A model generated the notes under the pieces. It saw only the letters and a program-made list of their open reading frames with translations. It searched no databases and was not told where the DNA came from. The position numbers and the translations under genes are program-made. From an uncultured Candidatus Rokubacteria bacterium (GTDB lineage Bacteria > Methylomirabilota > Methylomirabilia > Rokubacteriales > CSP1-6): 64,000 nt of DNA. The stretch spans positions 320,001-384,000 of the forward strand of contig CAVXJS010000007.1 in the NCBI GenBank assembly GCA_963762145.1, given 5' to 3'. Each line of letters opens with the position of its first letter. Position 1 is the first letter of the stretch. Positions 41,202 through 52,632 of the stretch are shown piece after piece.

Positions 41202-42156
41202 ATGTGGAAGTACCTGCTGAAGCGATTCCTCCTCATGTTCCCCACCCTCATCGGGGTGGCGATCGTCACGTTCTTCCTCATCCGCGTGATCCCGGGCGAC
41301 GTGGTGGAGCTGCGGCTCGCGGGCGACCGCGGCGCCGCGTCCGACGCCGCCATCAAGATGGAGCGTGAGCGGTTCGGGCTCGACCAGCCGCTCTGGAAGC
41401 AGTTCGCGACCTGGATGCTGGGGGTGGCCCGCCTCGACTTCGGCACCTCGATGTGGACGGGCTCGCCGATCTGGGAGGAGATCAAGCTCCGCTTCGCGCT
41501 GTCGCTGCAGGTGGCGATCATGGCCACCCTCGTGGCGGTGATCCTGGCGGTGCCGTTAGGTGTGCTCGCCGCCCTCAAGCAGGACACCTGGATAGACTAC
41601 GCGGTCCGCATCTTCTCCATCGCGGGCCTGGCGGTGCCGTCGTTCTGGCTCGGCATCCTGTTCATCCTCACGCTCCTGATCGTCTTCAAGTGGCTGCCGC
41701 CCATGGTCTACACGCCGTTCTGGGTGAACCCGTGGCAGAACATGCTGCAGCTCATCTGGCCCGCGCTCGCGGTCGGCTACCGCTACTCGGCGGTGGCCAC
41801 CCGCATGACCCGCTCCGCGATGCTCGAGGTGCTCCGCGAGGACTACATCCGCACCGCGCGGGCCAAGGGGCTCGTGCAGACGCCTGATCCTGGTCCGCCA
41901 CGCGCTCAAGAACGCGATGCTGCCGGTGATGACCGTGATCGGCGCTGGAGTTCGCGTTCCTGATCGGCGGCCTCGTGGTGACCGAGCAGGTCTTCAACCT
42001 GAACGGCTCGGGCTGCTCTTCGTGCAGGCGGTGGCCCACCGCGACTACACGCTGGTCCAGGCCCTCGTGATGCTGGTGGCGGGCATCTTCATCTTCGTGA
42101 ACTTCGCCATGGACGTGATGTACGCGTGGATCGACCCGCGCATCCGGTTCCGGTAA
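41202..42156 (+). CDS. Peptide ABC permease (OppB/DppB), frameshifted
   Basis: 'IPGD', 'PSFWLG', 'EDYIRTARAKG', 'DPRIR'. Confidence 0.88.
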
Positions 42157-42160
42157 GATC

Positions 42161-43082
42161 ATGGCCATAGACCTCGCCGGAGTCGACCATGGCGATACCG
42201 CGCGAGGACGCGGCCGAGCCCGGACCGGCGAGCGCGCTGGCTCGCCGCGTTCCGCGACTTCGCGCGCCAGCCGCACCCTGGGCGCGGTCGGCGCGGCGCG
42301 TGGTGCTGCTGATGCTCGTGCTCGCGGTGTTCGCGGAGCGTGCTCGCGCCCTACGACCCGGTGGCGGTGGACTTCGGCGCCATGCTCGCCGCGGCCGAAC
42401 GGCGCGCACTGGCTCGGCACCGACGCCTTCGGCCGCGACGTGCTCTCGCGGCTCATCTACGGCTCGCGCACCGCGCTCCTGGTGGGCTTCGGCGCCGCGC
42501 TGATGGGCGCCACCATCGGGGCCATCCTGGGCGTGGGCAGCGCCTACTTCGGCGGGCTGGTGGACCTCTACCTGCAGCGCCTGATGGACATCTTCCTCTC
42601 GTTCCCGCTGATCATCCTGGCGCTGGCCCTGGTGGCGATCCTCGGCAACTAGCATCCCGAACGTGATCGTGGCCATCACGATCCCCATGATCCCGCGGGC
42701 CGCCCTCGTCATCCGATCCTCGCGCTGACGATCCGCGAGATGCCGTACGTGGACGCGGCGCGGGCCGCCGGCTTCGGCCACGCGCGGATCATCCTGCGCC
42801 ACATGCTGCCGAACGTGGTGGCGTCCGTACCTGATCATGCTGACCGCGTTCCTGAGCCAGGCCATCCTGCTCGAGTCCTCGCTGTCGTTCCTGGGCCTGG
42901 GCGTGCAGGAGCCGACGCCCGCGTGGGGGCTGATGCTGCGGGGGGCCGCGGTGGAGTTCGCGGAGGCGGCGCCGTGGATGGCGCTCTTCCCGGGCCTGGC
43001 CATCAGCGTGGCCGTGTTCGCCTTCAACCTGTTCGGCGACTCGCTGCGCGACGCGCTCGACCCGAAGCTCCGCACGCTCTGA
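42161..43082 (+). CDS. Peptide ABC permease (OppC/DppC), frameshifted
   Basis: 'HWLGTDAFGRDVLSRLIYGSR', 'ESSLSFLGLG', 'FNLFGDSLRDALDP'. Confidence 0.88.
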
Positions 43083-43098
43083 GGTGGGGTCGAACGGC

Positions 43099-43127
43099 TT
43101 GACACCTGCGGCGCAAGTTGGTAGAAA
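43099..43127 (+). promoter_or_regulatory. Candidate sigma70 promoter for ferredoxin
   Basis: TTGACA-N17-TAGAAA with TG extension. Confidence 0.5.
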
Positions 43128-43179
43128 TATGTGGGTTTCCAGGCAGGTATCCAGGGTCACCGGTTAACAGGAGGCCGGA

Positions 43180-43446
43180 ATGGCGTATATCATCGCGGAG
43201 CCGTGCGTCAACGTGAAGGACAAGGCCTGCGTCGAGGTCTGCCCGGTGGATTGCATCTACGAGGGCGAGACCATGCTCTACATCCACCCGGATGAGTGCA
43301 TCGACTGCGGGGCTTGTGAGCCCGTCTGCCCGGTGAAGGCGATCTTCGCCGAAGACGAGACGCCGGCCAACTGGAAGAACTACATCGAGATGAACAAGCA
43401 GTTCTTCAAGGACAACCCGGGCGTCAAGCCGGCCACCAAGGCGTAG
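43180..43446 (+). CDS. fdxA: Dicluster (7Fe/8Fe) ferredoxin, FdxA type
   Basis: AGGAGG RBS; CVEVCPVDC and CIDCGACEPVCP. Confidence 0.93.
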   Translation: MAYIIAEPCVNVKDKACVEVCPVDCIYEGETMLYIHPDECIDCGACEPVCPVKAIFAEDETPANWKNYIEMNKQFFKDNPGVKPATKA

Positions 43447-43472
43447 CCGGCTCGGGCGTCCGATCGCCTGAC

Positions 43473-43502
43473 GAGGGACCCGTTCGCGGGTCCCTCTTTT
43501 TT
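43473..43502 (+). terminator. Rho-independent terminator
   Basis: GAGGGACCCG-TTCG-CGGGTCCCTC followed by T6. Confidence 0.92.
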
Positions 43503-43603
43503 GCCCTGACGCGACGGCACGGCCGGGCGTGGGCTGCACACCGCGCGGTGCACGGCGCGCCCGGATCGCGCGGAATTCGCCGCGAAGGGCCCGTCGACGC
43601 GCG

Positions 43604-43618
43604 TGGCACAGGCCTTGC
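43604..43618 (+). promoter_or_regulatory. sigma54 -24/-12 promoter
   Basis: TGGCAC-AGGCC-TTGC, consensus spacing. Confidence 0.75.
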
Positions 43619-43632
43619 GATAGCGTTCGCGC

Positions 43633-43968
43633 ATGACAGCCTTGATGCCCGCTCCCGAGACCGCTCCCCGGCCTTCGTCGCCTCGCGTGCCCAAGGGTCT
43701 CTCCGGGTCGACCGCGGCGCCGACCGCGCCCGCGCGACCGCTCCCCGGCTTTCACGGCGCGGTCTCCGACTTCAAGCGCCGCCTGCTCGAGGCCACGCTC
43801 ACCCAGGCGGGCGGCAATCGCACGCGCGCCGCTCGCGCGCTCGGACTGCAGCGCACGTACCTGCTGCGCCTGATCCGCGAGTTCGAGATCCGCGTGCCGC
43901 CCGGGCCGCTGCCCGCGCGGCGTGCGGCGGCGGACGGGCCGCCCGCCGCGCCAGCGCAAACACGTTGA
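43633..43968 (+). CDS. Stand-alone Fis-type (HTH_8) DNA-binding protein
   Basis: 'FKRRLLEATLTQAGGNRTRAARALGLQRTYLLRLIREF' flanked by Pro/Ala-rich tails. Confidence 0.78.
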   Translation: MTALMPAPETAPRPSSPRVPKGLSGSTAAPTAPARPLPGFHGAVSDFKRRLLEATLTQAGGNRTRAARALGLQRTYLLRLIREFEIRVPPGPLPARRAAADGPPAAPAQTR

Positions 43969-43994
43969 CACCCGGTCACGCCCCGGTTTGAAAT
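43965..43994 (+). promoter_or_regulatory. Candidate sigma70 promoter (leaderless) for the thiolase cluster
   Basis: TTGACA-N18-TGAAAT, 6 nt before GTG 44001. Confidence 0.5.
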
Positions 43995-44000
43995 GGACGG

Positions 44001-45128
44001 GTGAGCGACGTGTGGATCGCCGGCGCGGGGATGACCCGCTTCGGCCGGCGCGACGAGAACCTCCAGGACCTCATGGCGGAGGCGGGCCTGGCCGCCATGC
44101 TCGACGCGGGCATCGAGCGGCCCGACGCTCTCGTGGTCGCGGCGATGAACCCCGAGGAGTTCACCGGCGACGGCAACTACGCCTCGCTGATCGCCACGCG
44201 CCTCGGCCTCTCGCAGGTGCCCGCATTGCGAGTGGAGACCGCGACATCCTCCGGCGTCGCCGCCATCTACTCGGCCTACGCGGCGATCGCGGCCGGCTTT
44301 CACCGCTCCGTCCTGGTGGTGGGCGGCGAGAAGATGACCCACCTGCCGACGCCGCGCGTGTCCGAGATCATCGGGCGCTCCATCGATCCGCACGAGAAGA
44401 GCTACGGCACGACGATGCCCGCCCTCGCCGGGCTCATCACGCGCGCGGTCATGCACCGGCGCGGGCTCTCGCTGCGCGAGATCTCGCAGGTGGCGGTGAA
44501 GAACCACGCCCACGGCGCGCGCAATCCCTTCGCCCACTTCCAGGAAGCGGTGACGATCGAGGCGGTGATGGAGAGCCGGCTCGTGGCGGATCCGCTCCGC
44601 CTCTTCCACTGCTGCCCCATCTCCGACGGCGGCGCCGCCATATTGTTGACGCCGGACCGTCGCCCGGTGCGGGTGGCCGGGATCGGGCAGGGGGCGGACA
44701 CGATCGCGGTGCGCTACCGGACGGACCTGACCTCGTTCCGCGCCACGCAGGCCGCGGCGGAGGCGGCCTATCGCATGGCCGGCTTCGGGCCCGCGCGCGT
44801 GGAGGTGGCGGAGATCCACGACGCGTTCGCCCCGTTCGAGCTGATCTCGCTCGAGGATACCGGGCTCGTGCCGGTGGGCAAGGCGGGGCGGGCCACGCTC
44901 GACGGGGAGACCGCCATCGGCGGGCGGCTGCCCGTGAACACCTCGGGCGGGCTCAAGGCGCGCGGCCACCCGCTCGCCGCCACCGGCATCTCGCAGATCG
45001 TGGAGCTCTTCTGGCAGCTCACCGGACGGGCCGACGGCCGCCAGGTGGAGGCGCGCGTGGCGCTCGCCCAGTCCATCGGGGGGCTCGCCACCAACAACTG
45101 GGTGACCCTGCTGGAGGCGCGCCGCTGA
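44001..45128 (+). CDS. SCP2/archaeal-type thiolase-fold protein lacking the canonical catalytic Cys
   Basis: [36 protein letters not shown]; VETATSSG where VEAACASG is expected. Confidence 0.88.
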   Translation: MSDVWIAGAGMTRFGRRDENLQDLMAEAGLAAMLDAGIERPDALVVAAMNPEEFTGDGNYASLIATRLGLSQVPALRVETATSSGVAAIYSAYAAIAAGFHRSVLVVGGEKMTHLPTPRVSEIIGRSIDPHEKSYGTTMPALAGLITRAVMHRRGLSLREISQVAVKNHAHGARNPFAHFQEAVTIEAVMESRLVADPLRLFHCCPISDGGAAILLTPDRRPVRVAGIGQGADTIAVRYRTDLTSFRATQAAAEAAYRMAGFGPARVEVAEIHDAFAPFELISLEDTGLVPVGKAGRATLDGETAIGGRLPVNTSGGLKARGHPLAATGISQIVELFWQLTGRADGRQVEARVALAQSIGGLATNNWVTLLEARR

Positions 45129-45554
45129 TGCCCGAGCGGATCCGCGCCTCGCGCTGTCCGCGCTGCCGGCGCCTCGTGGTGCCGCCCGCGCAGCATCTGC
45201 CCCGACCATCCGGTGCGGATGGTGGACGCGTCGCTGCCGCCGTCGGGGAGGTCGTCTCGTTCACGACCCTGCACTCGCCGCCCGAGGGGTTCCGGGCTCC
45301 CGCTCCACATGGCGCTCGTCGAGCTCGAGGGGGGGCCCGGCTGTTCTGCCATGGCAGGCCACCGAGGGCGTGAAGATCGGCTCCCGGGTGTCGGTGGAAG
45401 CGGTAGACTCCGTGTTCTACTTCTCTCACATCGGATTCGCGGACCGGGCGCGCCTCTTCTGGCGCCGCGCCGGCGCCGGGGGTGAGAAGGTCGCCGCGAT
45501 CGGCAAGAGCGTCGTCAAGGCATGTGGAACAGGAGGCCCCGTGGCGAAGACTAA
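45128..45554 (+). CDS. DUF35 Zn-ribbon/OB-fold protein, frameshifted (end approximate)
   Basis: TGATG coupling; 'RCPRC..PP..CP', '[14 protein letters not shown]', 'ALVELEGG'. Confidence 0.75.
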
Positions 45555-46812
45555 GCCCCGCGCCCGCAAGACCGCCGCCGCCGCCCGCTCGAAGCCCGCG
45601 GCCCGCCGGACGCCCGCCCGTCCGCCGCTGGCCGGCATGCGGGTCATCGACCTCACCCGCGTGCTCGCCGGGCCCTTCTGCGCCATGTCGCTGGGCGACA
45701 TGGGCGCCGAGGTGATCAAGATCGAGGAGCCCGGCAAGGGCGACGACACGCGCGGCTGGCCGCCGTTCGTGGGCGGCGAGGCGACGTACTTCCTCTCCGT
45801 CAACCGCAACAAGAAGAGCCTCACCCTGAACCTGAAGGCGCCCGAAGGGCAGGAAATCCTGCGAGCGGCTGATCGCCTCGGCCGACGTGGTGCTGGAGAA
45901 CTTCCGCCCCGGCACCATGGAGCGCCTCGGCTTCGGCTACGAGGCGCTCGCGCCGAGCAATCCGCGGCTCGTCTACTGCTCGATCTCGGGCTTCGGCGAG
46001 AGCGGGCCGGAGGCGCGCCGCCCGGGCTACGACCTGATCGTGCAGGGCGAGTCCGGGGTCATGGACATCACCGGCTTCCCCGACGGCCCGCCGGTGAAGG
46101 TGGGCAACTCGGTCGGCGACCTCGTGTCGGGCATGGCCGCGGCGCAGGGCATCACGCTCGCGCTGCTCGCGCCGCGAGCGCACCGGGCGCGGGCAGAAGG
46201 TCGAGATCGGCATGCTCGACGTGATGGCCTCGCTGCTCACCTACCAGGCCGGGCTCTACTGAACGCGGGCGGCCGGCCCGCCCGCCGCGGCAACCAGCAC
46301 CCGTCGATCGTGCCCTACGAGGTCTTCCAGGCGCAGGACGCGTACATCACCGCTCGGCGTGGCCAACAACTCGCTCTGGGAGCGCACGTGCCGGGCCCTG
46401 GACCGCGCCGACCTCATCGAAGGACCCGCGCTTCGACACCGAGGCCAACCGCGTGACGAACCGCGACGTGCTGGTGCCCGCTCCTCGACGAGATCCTCGG
46501 CGCGCGGCCCGCCGACGAGTGGCTCGCGCGCCTGGAGCAAGGCGCGGCGTGCCCGCCGGGCCGCATCAAGACCGTGGCCGAGGTGTGCGAGAGCCCCCAC
46601 CTCAAGGCGCGCGGGCATGGTGGTCTCGCTGCCGCATCCGAAGGCGGGAGCCGATCACGGTGATGGGCGTGCCGGTGCGGCTGCACGACACGCCGGGCGC
46701 GGCCAGGCTGGCGCCGCCGCTGCTCGGCCAGCACACCGACGAGATCCTGACCGGGCTCCTCCGCCTGCCGAAAGCGCGGGTGGAGAAGCTGCGGGCCGCC
46801 GGCGTGGTGTAG
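45541..46812 (+). CDS. CaiB/BaiF CoA-transferase, frameshifted
   Basis: AGGAGG RBS; 'DLTRVLAGP', 'NRNKKSL', ENFRPG, '[10 protein letters not shown]', 'PPLLGQHT'. Confidence 0.88.
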
Positions 46813-46813
46813 G

Positions 46814-47257
46814 GTGGCGCCCGATGACGCCGCGGTCGTGAAGACGGGCCCGCTCGGGCTCGAGGTCGGGCAGCGCGCGCGCCGCACCCAGACCGTGACC
46901 GCGCATGAGGTCGAGCTCTACGCCCAGATCACGGGCGACCGGAACCCGCTCCACTTCGACGCGGACTTCGCCGCCCGCACCCGGTTCGGGCGCCTGGTCG
47001 CGCAGGGGGGCATCGCGGCGGGCATGCTCAACGCGCTGGTCGCCATGGACCTGCCGGGTCCGGGCACCGTGTTCATGAGCCAGTCGCTCAAGTACCTGGC
47101 GCCGACGTACCTGGGCGACACCGTGACCGCGGAGATCGAGGTGCTGTCGCTCAAGCCGGACAAGCCGGTCTGCCAGCTCCGCGCGGTCATCACCAACCAG
47201 GACGGCGTCACCCTTCTGGAAGGCGAGTGCTGGACGTACACCATGCGCCCCGCCTGA
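46814..47257 (+). CDS. MaoC-family (R)-specific enoyl-CoA hydratase
   Basis: 'TGDRNPLH.D..FA....FG', 'LPGPG', 'P..LGDTV'. Confidence 0.9.
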   Translation: MAPDDAAVVKTGPLGLEVGQRARRTQTVTAHEVELYAQITGDRNPLHFDADFAARTRFGRLVAQGGIAAGMLNALVAMDLPGPGTVFMSQSLKYLAPTYLGDTVTAEIEVLSLKPDKPVCQLRAVITNQDGVTLLEGECWTYTMRPA

Positions 47258-47269
47258 TCCGCGCGCGGC

Positions 47270-48001
47270 TCACCAGAGGCTGCGGAGCAGGAGCCAGGCG
47301 CCGAGCAGGCCGAGGAAGCCCAGCACCGCGCGGTTGAATCCTCGCTGATCCAGACGGTCCTGCACGCGCAGGCCCACCGCGAAGCCGGCCAGACCCACCG
47401 CGGTCAGGGCGAGCGAGAGCCAGAGCAGCGACCAGGGCAGGAGCCCGTACCAGCTCACCGCGCCGAGCTGGACCAGCTTGTAGAAGAAGAACGTGAAGGC
47501 CACCGAGGACACGAAGTCGTGCTTCGGGAGGCCGATGGCCTGGAAGTACAGCACGAGCGGGGTGGCGGGCGCATTGGTGATCCCGCCGATGACGCCCGCG
47601 ATGAAGCCGGCGGGCGCCGAGAGCCAGCGCTCCCAGTGCGGCGGCACGCGCGGGGTCAGGCCGGTCGCGTTGAGCGCGACGAAGCAGAGCACGACGATGC
47701 CCAGGATCACCGTCGTCGCCCGGGGCGACAGGGCGGCGAGCGCTCGCGTGCCGAGGATCGTGCCGAGGGCGCCCGCGGCGAGCAGCACCCAGAAGCGGCG
47801 CGCGGTGGCGAGCGGGGCGCCGCGCCGCGCGAACTGGATGCCGTCCATCACGATGTTCGGCAGGATCAGGACGACCACCGCGGTCTTGACGTCGACCAGC
47901 AGGCTGAGCAAGGGAGTGCCGAGGGCGGGGAATCCGAAGCCGATGGCCCCCTTCACGAAGGCCGCGCCCAGCACCACCGCCGCCATGAGGGCCGCGAGCA
48001 C
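47270..48001 (-). CDS. TauE/SafE family sulfite exporter
   Basis: '[12 protein letters not shown]', about 8 TM; GTG start 6 nt after a TATGCT -10. Confidence 0.85.
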   Translation of the reverse strand: MLAALMAAVVLGAAFVKGAIGFGFPALGTPLLSLLVDVKTAVVVLILPNIVMDGIQFARRGAPLATARRFWVLLAAGALGTILGTRALAALSPRATTVILGIVVLCFVALNATGLTPRVPPHWERWLSAPAGFIAGVIGGITNAPATPLVLYFQAIGLPKHDFVSSVAFTFFFYKLVQLGAVSWYGLLPWSLLWLSLALTAVGLAGFAVGLRVQDRLDQRGFNRAVLGFLGLLGAWLLLRSLW

Positions 48002-48015
48002 GTCCCGAGCATAAC

Positions 48016-48045
48016 TTGACACTCGCCGGCCGGCGGCGGGATGAT
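48016..48045 (+). promoter_or_regulatory. Candidate sigma70 promoter for cimA
   Basis: TTGACA-N18-GATGAT. Confidence 0.5.
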
Positions 48046-48056
48046 ACGGCCCACCT

Positions 48057-49659
<1,603 letters not shown>

Positions 49660-49661
49660 GC

Positions 49662-50598
49662 CATCCCGGCCATCCCGCCAAGCTGATCGAGGACACCGCG
49701 CGGGAGCTGACCGCGCGCGCCGCGATCGACATCCCGTTCGACTACCGCGAGGGCGTGCGCCTCGCGCGAGACCGCGAGCAGAACCGCCTCGCCCGCTTCG
49801 TGCTCGACCAGATGCTCGGGAACTGGGACATCGCGAGCGCCGATCGCCGCCCGATGTGCGCGGACACCGGGCTGCCGCGCTACTACGTGCGAGCTCGGCA
49901 ACGAGGCGGTGGTCGAGGGCGGGCTGGTGGCGCTCGAGCGCGCGCTCCGGCGGGCGACCGCGGAGGCCACCCAGGCGATTCCCCTCCGCCCCAACCGCGT
50001 CCACCCGCTCACCCGGGCGGACCGCAACGACAACGTGGGCCTCCACGCCCCCGAGGTCACCTTCGCGGTGGAGCCGCGCGCGGACTGGATCGACGTGACC
50101 ACCGTGCACAAGGGCGGGCTCTTCGGCAGCGACTGCCGGATGCTGTTCCCCGGCGACGGCGTGGCCGGCATCAAGCGCTTCTTCGTGGATACGCTGATCG
50201 AGTCGGGCAAGCGGGGCCTGGCCTGCCAGCCCGCGATCGTCGGCGTGGGCATCGGCGGGGCCAAGGACACCTGCGTGCGGCTCGGCAAGGAAGCGGCGTG
50301 CCTGCGCATGGTCGGCAGCCGCAATCCGGATCCGGCCGCGGCGCGCGCTGGAGGACGAGCTGACCGCGCTCGGCAACCACATCGGCATCGGGGCCATGGG
50401 CTTCGCGGGCACGTCCATGGTGGTGGCGACCCACGTGGAGCTGGCCTACACGCACACCGGCGGCATGCCGATCGGCATCCACCAGTTCTGCCTGTCCTCG
50501 CGGCGGGCCACCGCGCGCATCCATCCGGACGGGCGGGTGGAGTTCCGCGAGCGACCCGGGGTGGTTCACCGACTACTACCGGCGGGAGGCGTGAGTGA
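49662..50598 (+). CDS. Fe-S hydro-lyase alpha subunit (tartrate dehydratase/class I fumarase), frameshifted, ends approximate
   Basis: 'PMCADTG', 'PLRPN.VHP', 'KGG', 'ACQP.IVGVGIGG', 'GIGAMGF.G', 'QFC...RRA'. Confidence 0.82.
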
Positions 50599-50653
50599 GG
50601 ATCCGGAGGGTGGAGTGGGGCGTGCGCGATCGCGCCGGCTCGACGACGTCGCG

Positions 50654-51314
50654 ATGGACGAGGTGCATCTCACCACCCCGGTGTCGGCCGAGGCCATCCG
50701 CTCGCTCAAGCTGGGCGACGTGGTGTACGTGAGCGGCGCGCTCTACACCGCGCGCGAGGGCGTCTACCGTCAGGTGGTGGACAAGGGCGATGGCGTTCCC
50801 GGACGCGGTGCGGGCGCTGACCAACGTGAACTTCCACTGCTCGCCCGCCGCGGCCACGCGGCCGGACGGCACCCACGTGGTCGAGGCCGTCACCGCCACC
50901 GCGAGCTTCCGCTTCGGCAAGTCGATGGGCCCGTGGTTCGAGCGCTCGGGCGCGCGGGTCATCGTGGGCAAGGCCGGGCTCACCGAGCTGGCCTATCGCG
51001 AGTGGTTCGTGCCCCACGGCGCGGTCTACCTCACCACGGTGGGCTACGGCATGGGCGCGGCCTACGGGCGCGGGATCACCCGCGTGCGCGAGGTCCACTG
51101 GCTCCGCGAGCTGGGCATCGCCCAGGCGCTCTGGGTCCTCGAGGTCAACCGCCTCGGGCCCTTCCTGGTGGAGGGCGACGCGGAGGGCCGCAGCCTCTTC
51201 GCCCTCGCCAACCGCGAGATCAACCTCCGGATCGCCGAGGTCTACAAGACCCTCCCGCCCCCCGCCCTCGCCCGCTTCGGCGAAGTCCTCGCCCGCACCG
51301 ACGAGGTCGTCTAG
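50654..51314 (+). CDS. Fe-S hydro-lyase beta subunit, frameshift near 50788
   Basis: 'LTTPVS...LKLGDVVYVSG..YTARE', 'HCSP', 'TASFRF', 'VGKAG', 'GPFLV..D..GRSL'. Confidence 0.85.
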
Positions 51315-51317
51315 CGC

Positions 51318-51390
51318 GGGGTCAGGTCTTGAAATACGACATTTTCTCGGCCGTCTTCTCGCCGAATGTCGTAATTCAAGACCTGACCCC
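51318..51390. repeat. REPIN/MITE-like inverted-repeat element, copy 2
   Basis: Left arm identical to 9072-9097; right arm AATGTCGTAATTCAAGACCTGACCCC; 21-bp spacer. Confidence 0.9.
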
Positions 51391-52632
51391 GCTCTTGTCG
51401 GCGGAGTCGCGGGCGGCGGCGGAGAAGATGCCGCGGGTCATGAGGGCGCGGGCGTCCGCGGCGCGGCGCTCGTAGATCTCGGCGCGGGCGGCGTGGGCGT
51501 CGCGGTGGTCGGGCCCGGCCGCGACGGCCCAGTCGATCAGGTGGGCGGCCAGCGCCAGCCGGCCCTCGGCGGCGAGCGCGCGGGCCCGCGCGATGAGGCC
51601 GTCCATGCCGCCGGCCAGCGTCACGATCTCGCGGCCCAGCTCGGCCTCCGGGGCGGGCTTGAGATGGGACGGCACGCCGTCGTACCAGCCGCCGTAGAGC
51701 CGCCAGAGATTTCGCACCACGTAGTCCGGCTCGTCGTACACCGCCTGGAGATAGCGCCGCTCGGCCAGGTGGGCCGGCGGCGCCACCGATCCCAGCACCT
51801 CCTCGAGCGTGGCGCCCGCGTTCATCAGCGCCAGCGTCTGGGTCACCAGCGCCTCGAGCCACTCCGCGGTGTCGGTGAGCGCCTGCCGCACGCGCTCGGC
51901 CCCCACGATCGGCATGCCGTGGCCGGGGATGAGCAGCTCGGCGCTGCGCGACGCCATCTCGCGCAGCGCGGCCGCCCACTCCGCGGCGTAGCGCTGAACC
52001 TTCTGGGGATTGCCCGCGTTGGGCGCGACCCAGATGAAGAGGTCCCCCGTCCAGAGGATGCGGCGCTCCGGCCACCACACCCACGTGGCATCGTCGGTCT
52101 CGCCCCGCGCGTGCTGCAGCTCGAGCGTCACGCCGTCGGTCTCGAGGCGGAGGACCTGATCGTAGACGGTGTCCGGGTAGTCATACTCGGTGGGCCACGA
52201 GGCCTGGATGGAGAACTGCCGCGCGTTGATGAGCCCGTTGTAGCCGAGGGTCGTCCGGTAGCGGTCGAAGCGCGCGGCCACGCTCCGGTGGCCGACGATC
52301 CGGGGCCGGGCCCAGCCCTTCCCGGCCGCCTCGGCCAGGAACGGCGGCAGCCCGAAGGCGTGATCGGCGTGGCCGTGGGTGTAGATCGCCGCGTGCAGCG
52401 GCCCCGGGTCGATCGCCCGCACCGCCGCGAAGGTCCGGTCGCGGCCCACGTAGTTGGCGGTGTCCACCAGCACGAGCCCGGACCCGGCGCGCACCACCGT
52501 CACGTTCGCGAAGGCGTGCACGAAGAAGACGCCGGGAGCGATCTCCTCGGTCGCGCCGGTGGCCTTCCAGAACTCGCGCGGCTCGACGCCGCCCGACCAG
52601 CACTGCTCGGCCCGCTCCAGGATGGCGCCCAT
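51376..52632 (-). CDS. Alkyl/aryl-sulfatase-like MBL-fold hydrolase with dimerisation domain
   Basis: YTHGHADH, HARGETDD, PNAGNPQK.QRY, PGHG, 'YGGWYDG.P'; stop lies inside repeat copy 2. Confidence 0.88.
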   Translation of the reverse strand: MGAILERAEQCWSGGVEPREFWKATGATEEIAPGVFFVHAFANVTVVRAGSGLVLVDTANYVGRDRTFAAVRAIDPGPLHAAIYTHGHADHAFGLPPFLAEAAGKGWARPRIVGHRSVAARFDRYRTTLGYNGLINARQFSIQASWPTEYDYPDTVYDQVLRLETDGVTLELQHARGETDDATWVWWPERRILWTGDLFIWVAPNAGNPQKVQRYAAEWAAALREMASRSAELLIPGHGMPIVGAERVRQALTDTAEWLEALVTQTLALMNAGATLEEVLGSVAPPAHLAERRYLQAVYDEPDYVVRNLWRLYGGWYDGVPSHLKPAPEAELGREIVTLAGGMDGLIARARALAAEGRLALAAHLIDWAVAAGPDHRDAHAARAEIYERRAADARALMTRGIFSAAARDSADKSGVRS

